DNA of 64,000 bases. It comes from Desulfomonilia bacterium (GTDB taxonomy: Bacteria; Desulfobacterota; Desulfomonilia; UBA1062). This document shows, piece after piece, positions 27,558 to 37,314 of the stretch. The stretch lies in NCBI GenBank assembly GCA_050014195.1, contig JBEKDT010000006.1, forward strand, positions 154,645 through 218,644, in the 5' to 3' direction. The position numbers were made by a program, and so were the translations under genes. The notes beneath the pieces were generated by a model that saw nothing but the letters and a program-made list of their open reading frames with translations, did no database searches and was not told the origin of the DNA. Numbering within the stretch: position 1 is the first letter of the stretch; each line of letters begins with the position of its first letter.

Positions 27558-29417
27558 ATGTCCGGTTTCATGGGAAAGATTCTCAGGGTAGATCTTACAC
27601 ACAGGAAGGTATCGGAAGAGCCCCTTCCCAGAGGAGATGCCGCCCTCCTCCTGGGAGGGTGCGGTCTAGCCACCAAGTACCTGTTCCAGGAGCTCAAACC
27701 AGGTGTTGACCCGCTCGGACCCGAGAACAAGCTCATCTTCATGTCGGGGCCTTTAACCGGGACGCTCTCTCCCAGTTCCGGCAAGTACAATGCCGTCACC
27801 AAGTCCCCGCTGACAGGCCTCTGGGGCCAATCGGGCTCGGGTGGGAAGTGGGGCAGGGAGCTCAAGAGGAGCGGCTTTGACGGCATCATCATCGAGGGGG
27901 CCTCCGAAAAACCAGTCTACCTCATCATTGACAATGGCAAAGTTACGTTCAACGATGCTTCCGGGCTCTGGGGGAAGAACGTCTTTGACACCACGACGAT
28001 CCTCGAACAGCAGCTCGGCAAGGGCTTCTGTATCGCCTGCATCGGTACTGGCGGTGAAAACCTCGTCAAGTATGCCGCCATCATGAACGAGCGCCACCGG
28101 GCGTTGGGCCGGGGCGGATTCGGCGCTGTGATGGGCTCCAAGAAGCTCAAGGCCGTGGCAGTGAAAGGCGAGATGAAGATTCCCATATTCGACCAGGCGG
28201 CCTTCGAGGCGGCTGCGAAGGTTGCCTCCGACTTCATCAGCGAAAGCCTCCTCAAGATAACGCTCGAGGTGTACGGCACCGCCATGGTGCTCGACCTCGT
28301 CAACGTCAAGGGCGGTCTGCCCACGCGCAACTGGCAGGGCGGTGTCTGCGCATATGCAGACAAGATTAATGCACCGGCCATCAATGATAAGATCCTGGTG
28401 GGGAGGAAGGCGTGCTTTGCCTGCCCTATTGCTTGCGGCAGGCACGTGGACATCAAGACCGGAAAATATGCCATTAAGGGCGAGGGACCGGAGTACGAGA
28501 GCATCGGCACCTTCGGGTCCATGTGCGATATCAGTGATATTGAGGCCATCACCTATGCCCACATCCTGTGCAACGACCTGGGTCTCGACACGGTCTCGGC
28601 GGGCAGTACTATCGCCTTTGCCATGGAGTGCTACGAGAAGGGGATACTCAAGAAGAAGGACACGGGAGGCAAGGAGATCCTGTTCGGCAATGCGGACACC
28701 ATGGTTGACCTGGTCCGAAGCATTGCTGCCAGGCAGGGTATAGGCGACCTCCTGGCCGAGGGTACCAGGCGCATGGCCGCTCAGCTCGGGCATGGCAGCG
28801 AGCGGTTCGCCATGAATGTCAAGGGCATGGAGCTGCCCGCCTATGACTGCAGGGCCACAAAGATCACCGGCCTGGCGTATGTCACGGCAAACAGGGGCGG
28901 CGACCATATAACTGCATACATTCAAGGGCCTACATTTCTGGACATCCCCTTCCTCATCGTGGAGGAGAACACCATCGAGGACGCCACAAAGGAAAACCCT
29001 CTGGAGGCCAAGGTCGTCAAGGACATGGAAGACGCTCTGACCACCTTCGATGCGCTGGGTGCCTGCAAGTTCATGGGCATGGCCCTCATGGCCGACGATC
29101 TCTTGCCCGTGATCAACGCCGCCACGGGCTGGAACCTCGATGTGGCCGGGTTCAGGCGTTCGGGTGAGCGGATCTTCAACCTGGCCCGTATGTTCAACAT
29201 ACGGGAGGGAATGAGGAGGAAAGATGACACCCTGCCGGCCAGGCTGCTCGAAGAACCACTGCCCGACGGCCCTGCAGCAGGGCTTACCGTTGACCTCGAT
29301 CCGCTGCTTGACGCCTACTACGAATTCAGGGGTTGGGACATGCAGACAGGGATACCCACAAGAGAGAAGCTTCGCGAACTGGAATTGGATTTTGTGATCG
29401 ACGAGTTGGGAGACTGA
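27558..29417 (+). CDS. aor: Aldehyde ferredoxin oxidoreductase (tungstopterin AOR family)
   Basis: GFMGKILRVDL, KSPLTG, GRGGFGAVMGSKKLKA, CFACPIAC, GPEYE, DLGLDT, RGGDH, YYEFRGWD. Confidence 0.93.
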   Translation: MSGFMGKILRVDLTHRKVSEEPLPRGDAALLLGGCGLATKYLFQELKPGVDPLGPENKLIFMSGPLTGTLSPSSGKYNAVTKSPLTGLWGQSGSGGKWGRELKRSGFDGIIIEGASEKPVYLIIDNGKVTFNDASGLWGKNVFDTTTILEQQLGKGFCIACIGTGGENLVKYAAIMNERHRALGRGGFGAVMGSKKLKAVAVKGEMKIPIFDQAAFEAAAKVASDFISESLLKITLEVYGTAMVLDLVNVKGGLPTRNWQGGVCAYADKINAPAINDKILVGRKACFACPIACGRHVDIKTGKYAIKGEGPEYESIGTFGSMCDISDIEAITYAHILCNDLGLDTVSAGSTIAFAMECYEKGILKKKDTGGKEILFGNADTMVDLVRSIAARQGIGDLLAEGTRRMAAQLGHGSERFAMNVKGMELPAYDCRATKITGLAYVTANRGGDHITAYIQGPTFLDIPFLIVEENTIEDATKENPLEAKVVKDMEDALTTFDALGACKFMGMALMADDLLPVINAATGWNLDVAGFRRSGERIFNLARMFNIREGMRRKDDTLPARLLEEPLPDGPAAGLTVDLDPLLDAYYEFRGWDMQTGIPTREKLRELELDFVIDELGD

Positions 29418-29420
29418 AGA

Positions 29421-31106
29421 ATGAGTGAAAACAGCAAGAGACCATGGATCAAGAACTACAAGCTCGGACCGTTCGCCCTGGCGGACACCATGGCACCGTA
29501 TCCGGTGGTGTCGCTCAGTGCCATCTTCGATGAGACAGCTGCAAAATATGCGAAGAGGGCGGCATGCGAGTATTTGGGCAAGAAATATACCTGGGAGGAG
29601 CTGAAGAACCTTGTGGACAGGCTCGCAACCGCCCTGGCAGGCCTCGGCACCGTCAAGGGGGACAGGGTGGCGACCATCCTGCCCACATCACCCCAGTTCA
29701 TCATCAGCGATTATGCAATCCTCAGGGCAGGTGCGGTCCACGTGCCGTGCAGCCCGCTGCACCGCAGCAAGGAGCTCGCTTACGAGATCGGCCAGTCCGG
29801 GGCGAAGATCCTCATCTGTCTCGAGGAGTCTCTCGAACTCGTGAGTTCCATACGGGATAATACGATACTCGATCACATCATTGTCACCAATGTGCAGGAT
29901 TTCTCTGCAGACGAGCCGGCCGTCAAGGAGATACCCGGAGTGCTCCAACTCAGGAAGGTAATTGCAGCCCATGAGCCCATGCGGGCTGCGGTCAGCGTGA
30001 ATCCGGAGGAGGACCTCGCAGAGCTCGTATTCACCGGCGGCGCCACAGGTGTACCCAAGGGGGTCATGCTGACGCACTACAACCTGGTCACGAACACGAT
30101 CCAGGCATTGCCCTGGGTCCTCAAGCCGCTGGAGAAGGGTATCATCGGCAAGGCATCCATGCTCATCGGGATACCCACGTTCCACTCCTACGGTCATTGG
30201 ACCATCAGGGCGTCCGTGTTCTGGGGGCTCCAGATGCTCCTGCTGCCGGACTCGAGGGACACGGACACCATCGTACACTTTCTAAAGAAGTACCGGCCCT
30301 TCATGGCACCCCTGGTCCCCACCCAGTATATGCGGCTCGTGGAGAAGAAGATCGGCCGGACGAACACGACCTTTGCATCAGGGGCAGCGCCTTTGCCCGA
30401 GAAGGTGAGGGCCGATTTCAAGAAGGAGACCGGCATGCCCATCACCGAGGCATACGGGCTGACCGAGACTAGCCCGGTTACGCACTTCAATGTGTCCAGC
30501 TTCTCGAAGATAACTGGTTTCATGCCCTTCGAGAAGGTCGGCTCCATCGGGGTGCCTGTCGTGGATACCGATGCCAGGGTTGTGGACGAGGCAACGGGGA
30601 AGGACCTCGGACCGGGCGAGGTGGGTGAGCTCTACGTGCGCGGACCTCAGGTCATGATGGGGTACTGGCCGGAGCCGGGTTCCGGCCTCATTGAAGGCTG
30701 GCTCAGGACCGGCGACCTCTGCAGGATGGACGATGACGGGTACTTCTTCCTAGTGGACCGCGACAAGGACATGGTGAATGTCTCTGGCAACAAGGTCTAC
30801 ACCACACTCGTCGACACAGTGCTCTTTGAGCACGCGTCCGTGGCCAGTGCTGTAGCTATCGGGGTTCCCGATCCGGAGCGGGACGGCAGCGAGCGGATCA
30901 AGGCGTTCGTGGTCCTGAAGGACAGCTGCAAGGGAACGGTAACGGAGGCGGACATCATCGAGCACTGTCGGCAGAATCTGGCGCCGTATGCAGTGCCCAG
31001 GACTGTGGAGTTTCGGGACAGCCTTCCCATGACCGTGACGGAGAAACTTTTCAAGAAGCAGTTGAGAGATGAAGAAATGCGGAAACAGCAGGAAATGAAA
31101 GGATAA
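29421..31106 (+). CDS. Acyl-CoA synthetase (AMP-forming, long-chain/aryl type)
   Basis: FTGGATGVPKG, AYGLTETSP, GWLRTGD, VDRDKDM. Confidence 0.92.
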   Translation: MSENSKRPWIKNYKLGPFALADTMAPYPVVSLSAIFDETAAKYAKRAACEYLGKKYTWEELKNLVDRLATALAGLGTVKGDRVATILPTSPQFIISDYAILRAGAVHVPCSPLHRSKELAYEIGQSGAKILICLEESLELVSSIRDNTILDHIIVTNVQDFSADEPAVKEIPGVLQLRKVIAAHEPMRAAVSVNPEEDLAELVFTGGATGVPKGVMLTHYNLVTNTIQALPWVLKPLEKGIIGKASMLIGIPTFHSYGHWTIRASVFWGLQMLLLPDSRDTDTIVHFLKKYRPFMAPLVPTQYMRLVEKKIGRTNTTFASGAAPLPEKVRADFKKETGMPITEAYGLTETSPVTHFNVSSFSKITGFMPFEKVGSIGVPVVDTDARVVDEATGKDLGPGEVGELYVRGPQVMMGYWPEPGSGLIEGWLRTGDLCRMDDDGYFFLVDRDKDMVNVSGNKVYTTLVDTVLFEHASVASAVAIGVPDPERDGSERIKAFVVLKDSCKGTVTEADIIEHCRQNLAPYAVPRTVEFRDSLPMTVTEKLFKKQLRDEEMRKQQEMKG

Positions 31107-31150
31107 ATCGATTGATGGAGACACCAGGACTAAAAAATGAGGAGGTCAAA

Positions 31151-32284
31151 ATGACAGCGATAGAAGAGCTGAAGAAATTACCTTCACGCGAAAAGAATCC
31201 GTACATAAAGGAATGGAAGGCAGATGGGCGCAAAATCGTCGGTTTCACCTGCCATTATGCGCCGAAGGAGATTATTAACGCAGCAGGCATATTTCCTTAC
31301 CGGCTTGAAGCCCGGGGGACAAAAGAAACAGGACTTGCCGATGTGTACTACCACCGTTTCAACTGTACGTATTCCCGGTGTATTTTGCAGGAGGGTCTAT
31401 CCGGCGGATATGATTTCCTTGACGGAGTGTGCTTCTTGAATGGCTGCGAACAGATACGGCGGATGTACGAAGTATGGAAAGAAGCCGTTCCGACAACCGA
31501 TTATCAATACATGGTCACTGTCCCCCACTCGATCTATGATGAGGGCTTTGAATGGTATAAGGAGGAGATCTTCAGGTTCAAAGAAGATCTAATGAGTAAT
31601 TTCTCCGTAAGACTTAACAATAGCGACTTACAGTCAAGTATCGGTGTGTACAACGAAAGCAAACACCTATTGAAGGAGCTCTATGAGCTGAGAAAGGCCG
31701 ATAATCCTCCCATCAGCGGTACAGAGGCAATGAAGCTTGTATTTGCTGCTGATATCATGCCCAGGGAAAAGTACAATACCCTCCTCAAAAAATCCCTGAA
31801 GCAGATCCGATCGCGTGATGGAATTAAGGATTATAAGGCAAGGATCATGGTCGGAGGTTCCCCATTAGATGATACTCAGCTTATTGAGATCATCGAGAGC
31901 CTCGGTGGGATCGTGGTGACAGATACCCTCTGCGGAGGCTCAAGAAACTTCCAGGAGTTTGTTGAGGTTGAACAGGATGGAGATCCCTTGGCAGCGATTG
32001 CCAGGTGCTATTACTATAGTAATCCATGTCCCCGTATGCTTGGTCATTTTGAATCGCGGCTCCAGTATACGGAAAAAATTGCCAAGGAAGCGAATGTGGA
32101 CGGCATCATCCTCCAGAGGGTCGTGTTCTGCGACAACCATGCTGTTGATAACACCATGTTAGCAGATGAATTGGAACCCAAGGGGATCCCTGTACTCAAT
32201 CTCGAGAGAGAACATATGCTGACTGATGTGGGGAGAGTGAGAACCAGGATCGAGGCCTTTATCGAGAGAATTTCAAGGAGGTAG
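31151..32284 (+). CDS. 2-hydroxyacyl-CoA dehydratase / class I benzoyl-CoA reductase family subunit (BzdN/BcrC/HgdB-like)
   Basis: CTYSRC, NGCEQIRR, LCGGSR, PCPR, FCDNH, RTRIEAFIE; GGAGG RBS. Confidence 0.88.
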   Translation: MTAIEELKKLPSREKNPYIKEWKADGRKIVGFTCHYAPKEIINAAGIFPYRLEARGTKETGLADVYYHRFNCTYSRCILQEGLSGGYDFLDGVCFLNGCEQIRRMYEVWKEAVPTTDYQYMVTVPHSIYDEGFEWYKEEIFRFKEDLMSNFSVRLNNSDLQSSIGVYNESKHLLKELYELRKADNPPISGTEAMKLVFAADIMPREKYNTLLKKSLKQIRSRDGIKDYKARIMVGGSPLDDTQLIEIIESLGGIVVTDTLCGGSRNFQEFVEVEQDGDPLAAIARCYYYSNPCPRMLGHFESRLQYTEKIAKEANVDGIILQRVVFCDNHAVDNTMLADELEPKGIPVLNLEREHMLTDVGRVRTRIEAFIERISRR

Positions 32285-32287
32285 ACC

Positions 32288-33688
32288 GTGGCTGAATACA
32301 GTGACAGAAAAGACAGAACAATCACCACAAGGTGGCAGATAACCGGTGATTTGGCAAAATTTATTCTAACGCAGGATCTCTCGCACCTGGATGATTGGGG
32401 TGGGAAGGAGGCTGTACGCGAGGTCTTGCCCGAGCACTATCAGAAAATTTTCGATCTCGTACAGACCGATTTGATAAACTGCCTCCTGGAAGAGAAGAAC
32501 AGGAAAACGGCCATGGGATTTGCGGAGTGCATGGGGAGATGGGGCGACTGGTTTCACTCACAACTGGATCAAGGGAAAAAGGTAGTATACCATTATTTTG
32601 TCCATACCATCGAGCCTATGCTTGCCCTTGATCTTGCACCCATATGTCTCGAAGTCCTCTCAGGCTTGACCGCTGCCCTCTATACCGACGGGTGCGAAGA
32701 GGGTATCGATGCTATGCATGCCGAAGGGTATCCCGATCACCTCTGTTCTTCCAATATGGGAGGAGCCGGCTTTCTCTTAAAAGGATACGTACCTAAACCT
32801 GACGCCTTTTTAAAGGGGACCACCCCATGCGATCCCAGCAACAGGGTCTATGAATATCTTGCCCGCAAATTTAATGCCCCTCTTATCGTTGTCGAGACTC
32901 CCTATTACATGAACGAGCGTGCTCTCAAGTTTTTGACGACTGAAATGAAGAGGATGATTGGAAAACTGGAGAAGATTGCAGGGAAAAAGCTCGATGAGGA
33001 CAAGTTGAGGGAGTACATTAAATTAAGTAATGAAACCGGGGAATATATCTTGAAAATTCAGGAATTGAGGAAGCTGGTACCATGCCCAGACACGGGATGG
33101 CACCGCCCCGCCGACACCATCTTTACGGCGCAGATGGGAACACCTTTTTCCAGGGATTATTTCAAGGGCCTCTACGAGATTGTAAAAGAACGCGCTGACA
33201 AGGGCCAGGGAGTCATACCTGAGGGCAAAAAGGAGGTACGCCTGGCGTGGGGATATACCTGGGAGTGCTTTGATCTGCCGTTTTTCAACTGGCTCGAAAA
33301 CAAATACGGTGCAATCTACACGGAAGATTGTCTCACGTTATTCCCTGCGGACTATGCGATGATTGATACGACCAACATGGAGACCATGATTGAGGGGCTG
33401 GCACAGAGAATGATGCAGGTGCCCATGGCGAGGCAAGCCATGAGCTGGTCAGATACCTGGGTAAATGATTTTGTTGATGTAGCAAGGGCGTATAAGGTTG
33501 ATGCCTTGGCCATTGGCGGTCATATGGCCTGCAAGCATTTCTGGGCGCTCAACAAACTTCTTACCGACAAGGTAAAGGAAAAAACTGGTGTTCCCGCCTT
33601 GCGTTTCGAAATGGATATGATGGACAAGAGGTTCACCAGTCCCTCGGAGTTGAAACGTATTATGGACGACTTTTTTGCAACCTTCTGA
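32288..33688 (+). CDS. 2-hydroxyacyl-CoA dehydratase / class I benzoyl-CoA reductase family subunit (BzdO/BcrB/HgdA-like)
   Basis: GYPDHLCS, TPCD, GHMACK three-Cys pattern; G.P.L.FE.D..D.RF C-terminus. Confidence 0.85.
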   Translation: MAEYSDRKDRTITTRWQITGDLAKFILTQDLSHLDDWGGKEAVREVLPEHYQKIFDLVQTDLINCLLEEKNRKTAMGFAECMGRWGDWFHSQLDQGKKVVYHYFVHTIEPMLALDLAPICLEVLSGLTAALYTDGCEEGIDAMHAEGYPDHLCSSNMGGAGFLLKGYVPKPDAFLKGTTPCDPSNRVYEYLARKFNAPLIVVETPYYMNERALKFLTTEMKRMIGKLEKIAGKKLDEDKLREYIKLSNETGEYILKIQELRKLVPCPDTGWHRPADTIFTAQMGTPFSRDYFKGLYEIVKERADKGQGVIPEGKKEVRLAWGYTWECFDLPFFNWLENKYGAIYTEDCLTLFPADYAMIDTTNMETMIEGLAQRMMQVPMARQAMSWSDTWVNDFVDVARAYKVDALAIGGHMACKHFWALNKLLTDKVKEKTGVPALRFEMDMMDKRFTSPSELKRIMDDFFATF

Positions 33689-33729
33689 ACCTTTATCTGA
33701 AGACGTGATTCATGAAGGGGGAACATAAA

Positions 33730-34515
33730 ATGTTGATCCTTGGTTGTGATGTCGGTGCCATAACCACAAAGACCGTTATCTTTGGAGACGATGGTATTGT
33801 GGCATACGATATAACAGCGAACAACGGCAACCTGACAAAGGTTGTAGATAAAAGCGTGGATAATGTGATTTCCAAGGCCGGTGTGTCGCTTGCCGGCATC
33901 GATGTAAAGGCGGGTACGGGAATGGGTGAACGGTACATCTCCTTTGATCACATCACGGAAAGCATTATCAAATGCCTTGCCGTGGCTGCCCATCGGATCC
34001 ATCCCGATACGCGAACCGTTGTGGATATGGGGGGCTTGATAACCACCGTTATCAGCATCAACGAGAAGGGGAAGGTGCTCGAGTACAGAACGAGCGATAA
34101 GTGCGCGTCAGGGTGCGGTTTTTTCCTGAGGCTTGCTGCCCAGGCCCTTGAAATGAAGGTCGAAGATTTTGGTAATCTTATTCTCCCCTACGGGGAAAGT
34201 GCCCATATGGGCACCCAGTGTGCAGTATTCGGGGAGAGTGAAATTGTCAGTCATATAAATGACGGGGTGGAACCCGCGAAAATTGCAGCCGGGATCAACC
34301 ACTCCCTAGGAAGATCAGTCACCACGATGATCAACAGGATTGGGGGGATCAAGGATATAGTTGCCACCGGCGGGGTCGCGAAAAACAAAGGTGTGATAAG
34401 GGCAATAGAGGAGACACTCGGCATGGAGGTGATCACTCTCTCATCAATAGACGAGCAGTTGTTAGGCGCACTCGGGGCTGCATTGTGTGCACAGCAGCGA
34501 GTGCAGCAGGGATAA
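33730..34515 (+). CDS. ASKHA ATPase activase subunit 1 (BzdP/BcrD/HgdC-like)
   Basis: GCDVGAITTK, DMGG, DKCASGCG, QCAVFGESE, TGGVAKN, GALGAA. Confidence 0.9.
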   Translation: MLILGCDVGAITTKTVIFGDDGIVAYDITANNGNLTKVVDKSVDNVISKAGVSLAGIDVKAGTGMGERYISFDHITESIIKCLAVAAHRIHPDTRTVVDMGGLITTVISINEKGKVLEYRTSDKCASGCGFFLRLAAQALEMKVEDFGNLILPYGESAHMGTQCAVFGESEIVSHINDGVEPAKIAAGINHSLGRSVTTMINRIGGIKDIVATGGVAKNKGVIRAIEETLGMEVITLSSIDEQLLGALGAALCAQQRVQQG

Positions 34516-34527
34516 GGAGGGATTGTA

Positions 34528-35370
34528 ATGATCTATGTGGGTTGTGATGTCGGTTCCCTCTCGGGCGAAGCAGTAATCATCGAAGATGATTCCATTGTCG
34601 AATATGAGATCATACGGGTAAGGCCGAGACCCGAACAAACTGCCTTAGAAGTGACTGAAAAAGTTCTATCCAAGACGAGCTTGTCGTTTGATGACATAGA
34701 TTATTGTGTGAGCACGGGCTATGGTAGGGAGAAGATCCCCTTCGCACAGAGCAGCATCTCGGAGATCTCCTGTCATGGAAGAGGGGCGCAGTGGGCCAAC
34801 CCGAGTGTCCGGACGATCATAGATATCGGCGGTCAAGACGCCAAGGTAATCAGGGTAGACAAATATGGCTACATGGTCGATTTCATAATGAATGACAAGT
34901 GCGCTGCCGGGACGGGAAGATTTCTCGAGGGGATGGCAAGGGTTCTGGGTGTCGAGCTTGAGGATCTTGCAGCCCTCTCTTCCGGGGCAACCTCTCCTGT
35001 TGCCTTAACAAAGACGTGCACAGTACTGTCACAATTTGAGGTGTTGTACATGCTCAATGATGGGGTAGACCGGGCAAACATTGCTGCCGGGATAAACAGG
35101 GCGATGGCTGATAGGATAAGTAAGCTGGTTAAGCGTGTTGGAATAAAGGAAGGGGTAGCCATAACAGGAGGTGTCGCAAAGAATTTTGCAGTGGTCCAGA
35201 GCCTGATAGAGGTGCTCGGAGTAGAGTTTGTGAGCCTTGGTGAAGTTGACCCTCAGATTGTTGGAGCCTTGGGTGCAGCCCTATTTGCAAAGGAACGGTG
35301 GCAAAAGGCCCGGCAGAGGGAGGCCACCCCGGCTGGAGGAAACAAGGATACAAAGAGCGTATGTGTCTGA
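34528..35370 (+). CDS. ASKHA ATPase activase subunit 2 (BzdQ/BcrA/HgdC-like)
   Basis: GCDVGS, TGYGR, EISCH, DIGGQDAK, MNDKCAAGTGRFLE, TCTV, TGGVAKN. Confidence 0.92.
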   Translation: MIYVGCDVGSLSGEAVIIEDDSIVEYEIIRVRPRPEQTALEVTEKVLSKTSLSFDDIDYCVSTGYGREKIPFAQSSISEISCHGRGAQWANPSVRTIIDIGGQDAKVIRVDKYGYMVDFIMNDKCAAGTGRFLEGMARVLGVELEDLAALSSGATSPVALTKTCTVLSQFEVLYMLNDGVDRANIAAGINRAMADRISKLVKRVGIKEGVAITGGVAKNFAVVQSLIEVLGVEFVSLGEVDPQIVGALGAALFAKERWQKARQREATPAGGNKDTKSVCV

Positions 35371-35400
35371 GGGCTTCACGTCTATGCATAGGAGGAAAGA

Positions 35401-36228
35401 ATGTGCGAATGCTGCAACTCACACAAGAGACCCATTAATGAAATCATCGCGGTAACAGGAAAGGGCGGGACCGGTAAGACCACCCTGGTATCCCTCATGA
35501 CCCGAATCCTGCGCTCAAAGGGGTTCTCGGTCCTCGCAGTGGACGCAGACCCTGCGGTGAGCCTCACTTATGCCCTCGGGTGCACTCCGGTCAAGACCAT
35601 CGCGGATCTCAGAACAAAAATGATCGAGGATCCAGAAGAGAAGAGGAGGATCAAGGACATCCCCATGGAGGAGGTCATAGCTGGGGAAGCAGTCATGACC
35701 TTCAACGGATACAGCCTGCTTGTCATGGGCAAGTCAGAGGGACCGGGCTGCTTCTGCAAGATAAACGATCTCCTCAGGTATGGGATCAGTACGCTCTCGA
35801 AGCAATACGACTTCACTCTGGTCGATTGCGAGGCCGGAGTCGAGCAGATCAACAGGCGCGTTTTGGATACCATCACGAGGCTATTCATGGTGACGGATAC
35901 GACTGCCAAGGGTCTGCGGACCGCCTCGAGCATCCGCGGGATCGCTGGCGAATACGGAATTCAGGGTGATTATACCAAGGGGGTGATCCTGAACAGGATA
36001 CGAGGCACGGAGATCGATGAGATGGTGAAAAAGGCTAATGGTCTGGGCATCGAAATCCTGGGCTTCATGCCTGAAGACCCTTGTGTAACGGAACATGATC
36101 TGCTGGACATACCCATAACGGACATCCCTGACAATTCCCCCTGTCTGAAGGCGGTCAGGGATATCCTCGAGAAGCAGGGTTTTTTCAATAATGCTCATCG
36201 CCATGAGGCTACAGGCACGCTCCGCTGA
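35401..36228 (+). CDS. CooC/AcsF-family MinD-type ATPase
   Basis: GKGGTGKTT, VDADP, GPGCFC metal-binding CxC, DCEAGVEQ..R; Cys-rich N-terminus MCECCNSH. Confidence 0.85.
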   Translation: MCECCNSHKRPINEIIAVTGKGGTGKTTLVSLMTRILRSKGFSVLAVDADPAVSLTYALGCTPVKTIADLRTKMIEDPEEKRRIKDIPMEEVIAGEAVMTFNGYSLLVMGKSEGPGCFCKINDLLRYGISTLSKQYDFTLVDCEAGVEQINRRVLDTITRLFMVTDTTAKGLRTASSIRGIAGEYGIQGDYTKGVILNRIRGTEIDEMVKKANGLGIEILGFMPEDPCVTEHDLLDIPITDIPDNSPCLKAVRDILEKQGFFNNAHRHEATGTLR

Positions 36229-36338
36229 ACTTTATGAAGATAGGAGCCGGATTGCAGGGCAAGGGGTGGATAACGAGGCTGTGAGGTGGGAAGCGCCTTT
36301 TTTCTATATATACATCTCATTTTTAAGGAGGAATTGAT

Positions 36339-37073
36339 ATGAAGTGTGTTTTAAAGTCGGCATTATTTCTTTGTGTATTTTTCATCTTGCCACTCATTGT
36401 GCACGCCGAGGATTTCATGGCCCAAGGCAATGCCCTCTTCGACAAAGGGAAGATAAACCTGGAGAGCTATAAAGAGTCGGGTGACATGTTCATAAAGGCC
36501 CTGGAGGTAAATCCGAACAGCTATGAGGCGGCATGGAAGGCGGCCCGCTCGTACCGATATTATGCCGATGAATCCAAGAAAAAGAACACGCAGAACTGGA
36601 AGGCTGTCTGCAAGGAGTACGGGAAGATTGGGATGAAGTATGGGGAGAAGGCTATTGCCCTGAATCCGGATGGTGTTGAAGGCAATACCTGGTACGGGTT
36701 CTCGGTAGCGAGCTATTCTGACAGCGTGAGCGTGCTCACGGCTCTCAGGGAAGGTTTGAAGGATAAGACCCAGAATAGTTTCGAGAGGGCTTACAAGATA
36801 AACAAGATGTATCAGGATGGTGGACCCATAAAAGCCCTAGGCCGCTTCTGGTACGTCCTACCCTGGCCGCTCCAAGACAAGAAATTATCATTACAGTACC
36901 TGAGGGAATTTCAGAAAACATTTCCTAATGACCCCGAAGGTCAAGTGTACCTGGGTGAGACACTCATAAAGAGCGGAGGAAAGGATGAGGCCAAGTCGAT
37001 TCTCCAGAAGGCATCGGCATCCAACGACAAGTACTATGCCGACTGGGCGAAAAGGCTTATTGCTAATATGTAA
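36339..37073 (+). CDS. Exported TPR-like helical repeat protein
   Basis: Signal peptide ending VHA; YEAAWKAAR, KAIALNP, LGRFWYVLPW; AGGAGG RBS. Confidence 0.7.
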   Translation: MKCVLKSALFLCVFFILPLIVHAEDFMAQGNALFDKGKINLESYKESGDMFIKALEVNPNSYEAAWKAARSYRYYADESKKKNTQNWKAVCKEYGKIGMKYGEKAIALNPDGVEGNTWYGFSVASYSDSVSVLTALREGLKDKTQNSFERAYKINKMYQDGGPIKALGRFWYVLPWPLQDKKLSLQYLREFQKTFPNDPEGQVYLGETLIKSGGKDEAKSILQKASASNDKYYADWAKRLIANM

Positions 37074-37314
37074 CGGACGTCCGGTTAGCCGGAATCCTCA
37101 CATCAAGCCCTGAGTGAAAATAGAGAAGCTCGTGCTTGTGGGCATGGGTTGATGTTGTTTTTTGGCTCCTCGTGTAAGACTCGGTCACTACGGTCAAAAC
37201 TTCCTGTTTATTCCTGCGTGACCTCCTCTCGGCCCTCTGCCGTATAACATCCTGGAAGGGAAGTGGAGTCAGTATAAAACGATGATTATGCAATAGAATC
37301 ATCGGTCCTTAAAG

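Noticed and set aside
26978-28925. 304 aa and 390 aa antisense ORFs
   Set aside because: Overlap SCP2 and AOR genes on the opposite strand; no recognisable family.
31151-35370. Naming as bona fide benzoyl-CoA reductase bzdNOPQ
   Set aside because: No dch/had/oah, ferredoxin or other benzoate genes nearby; substrate cannot be assigned from sequence alone.
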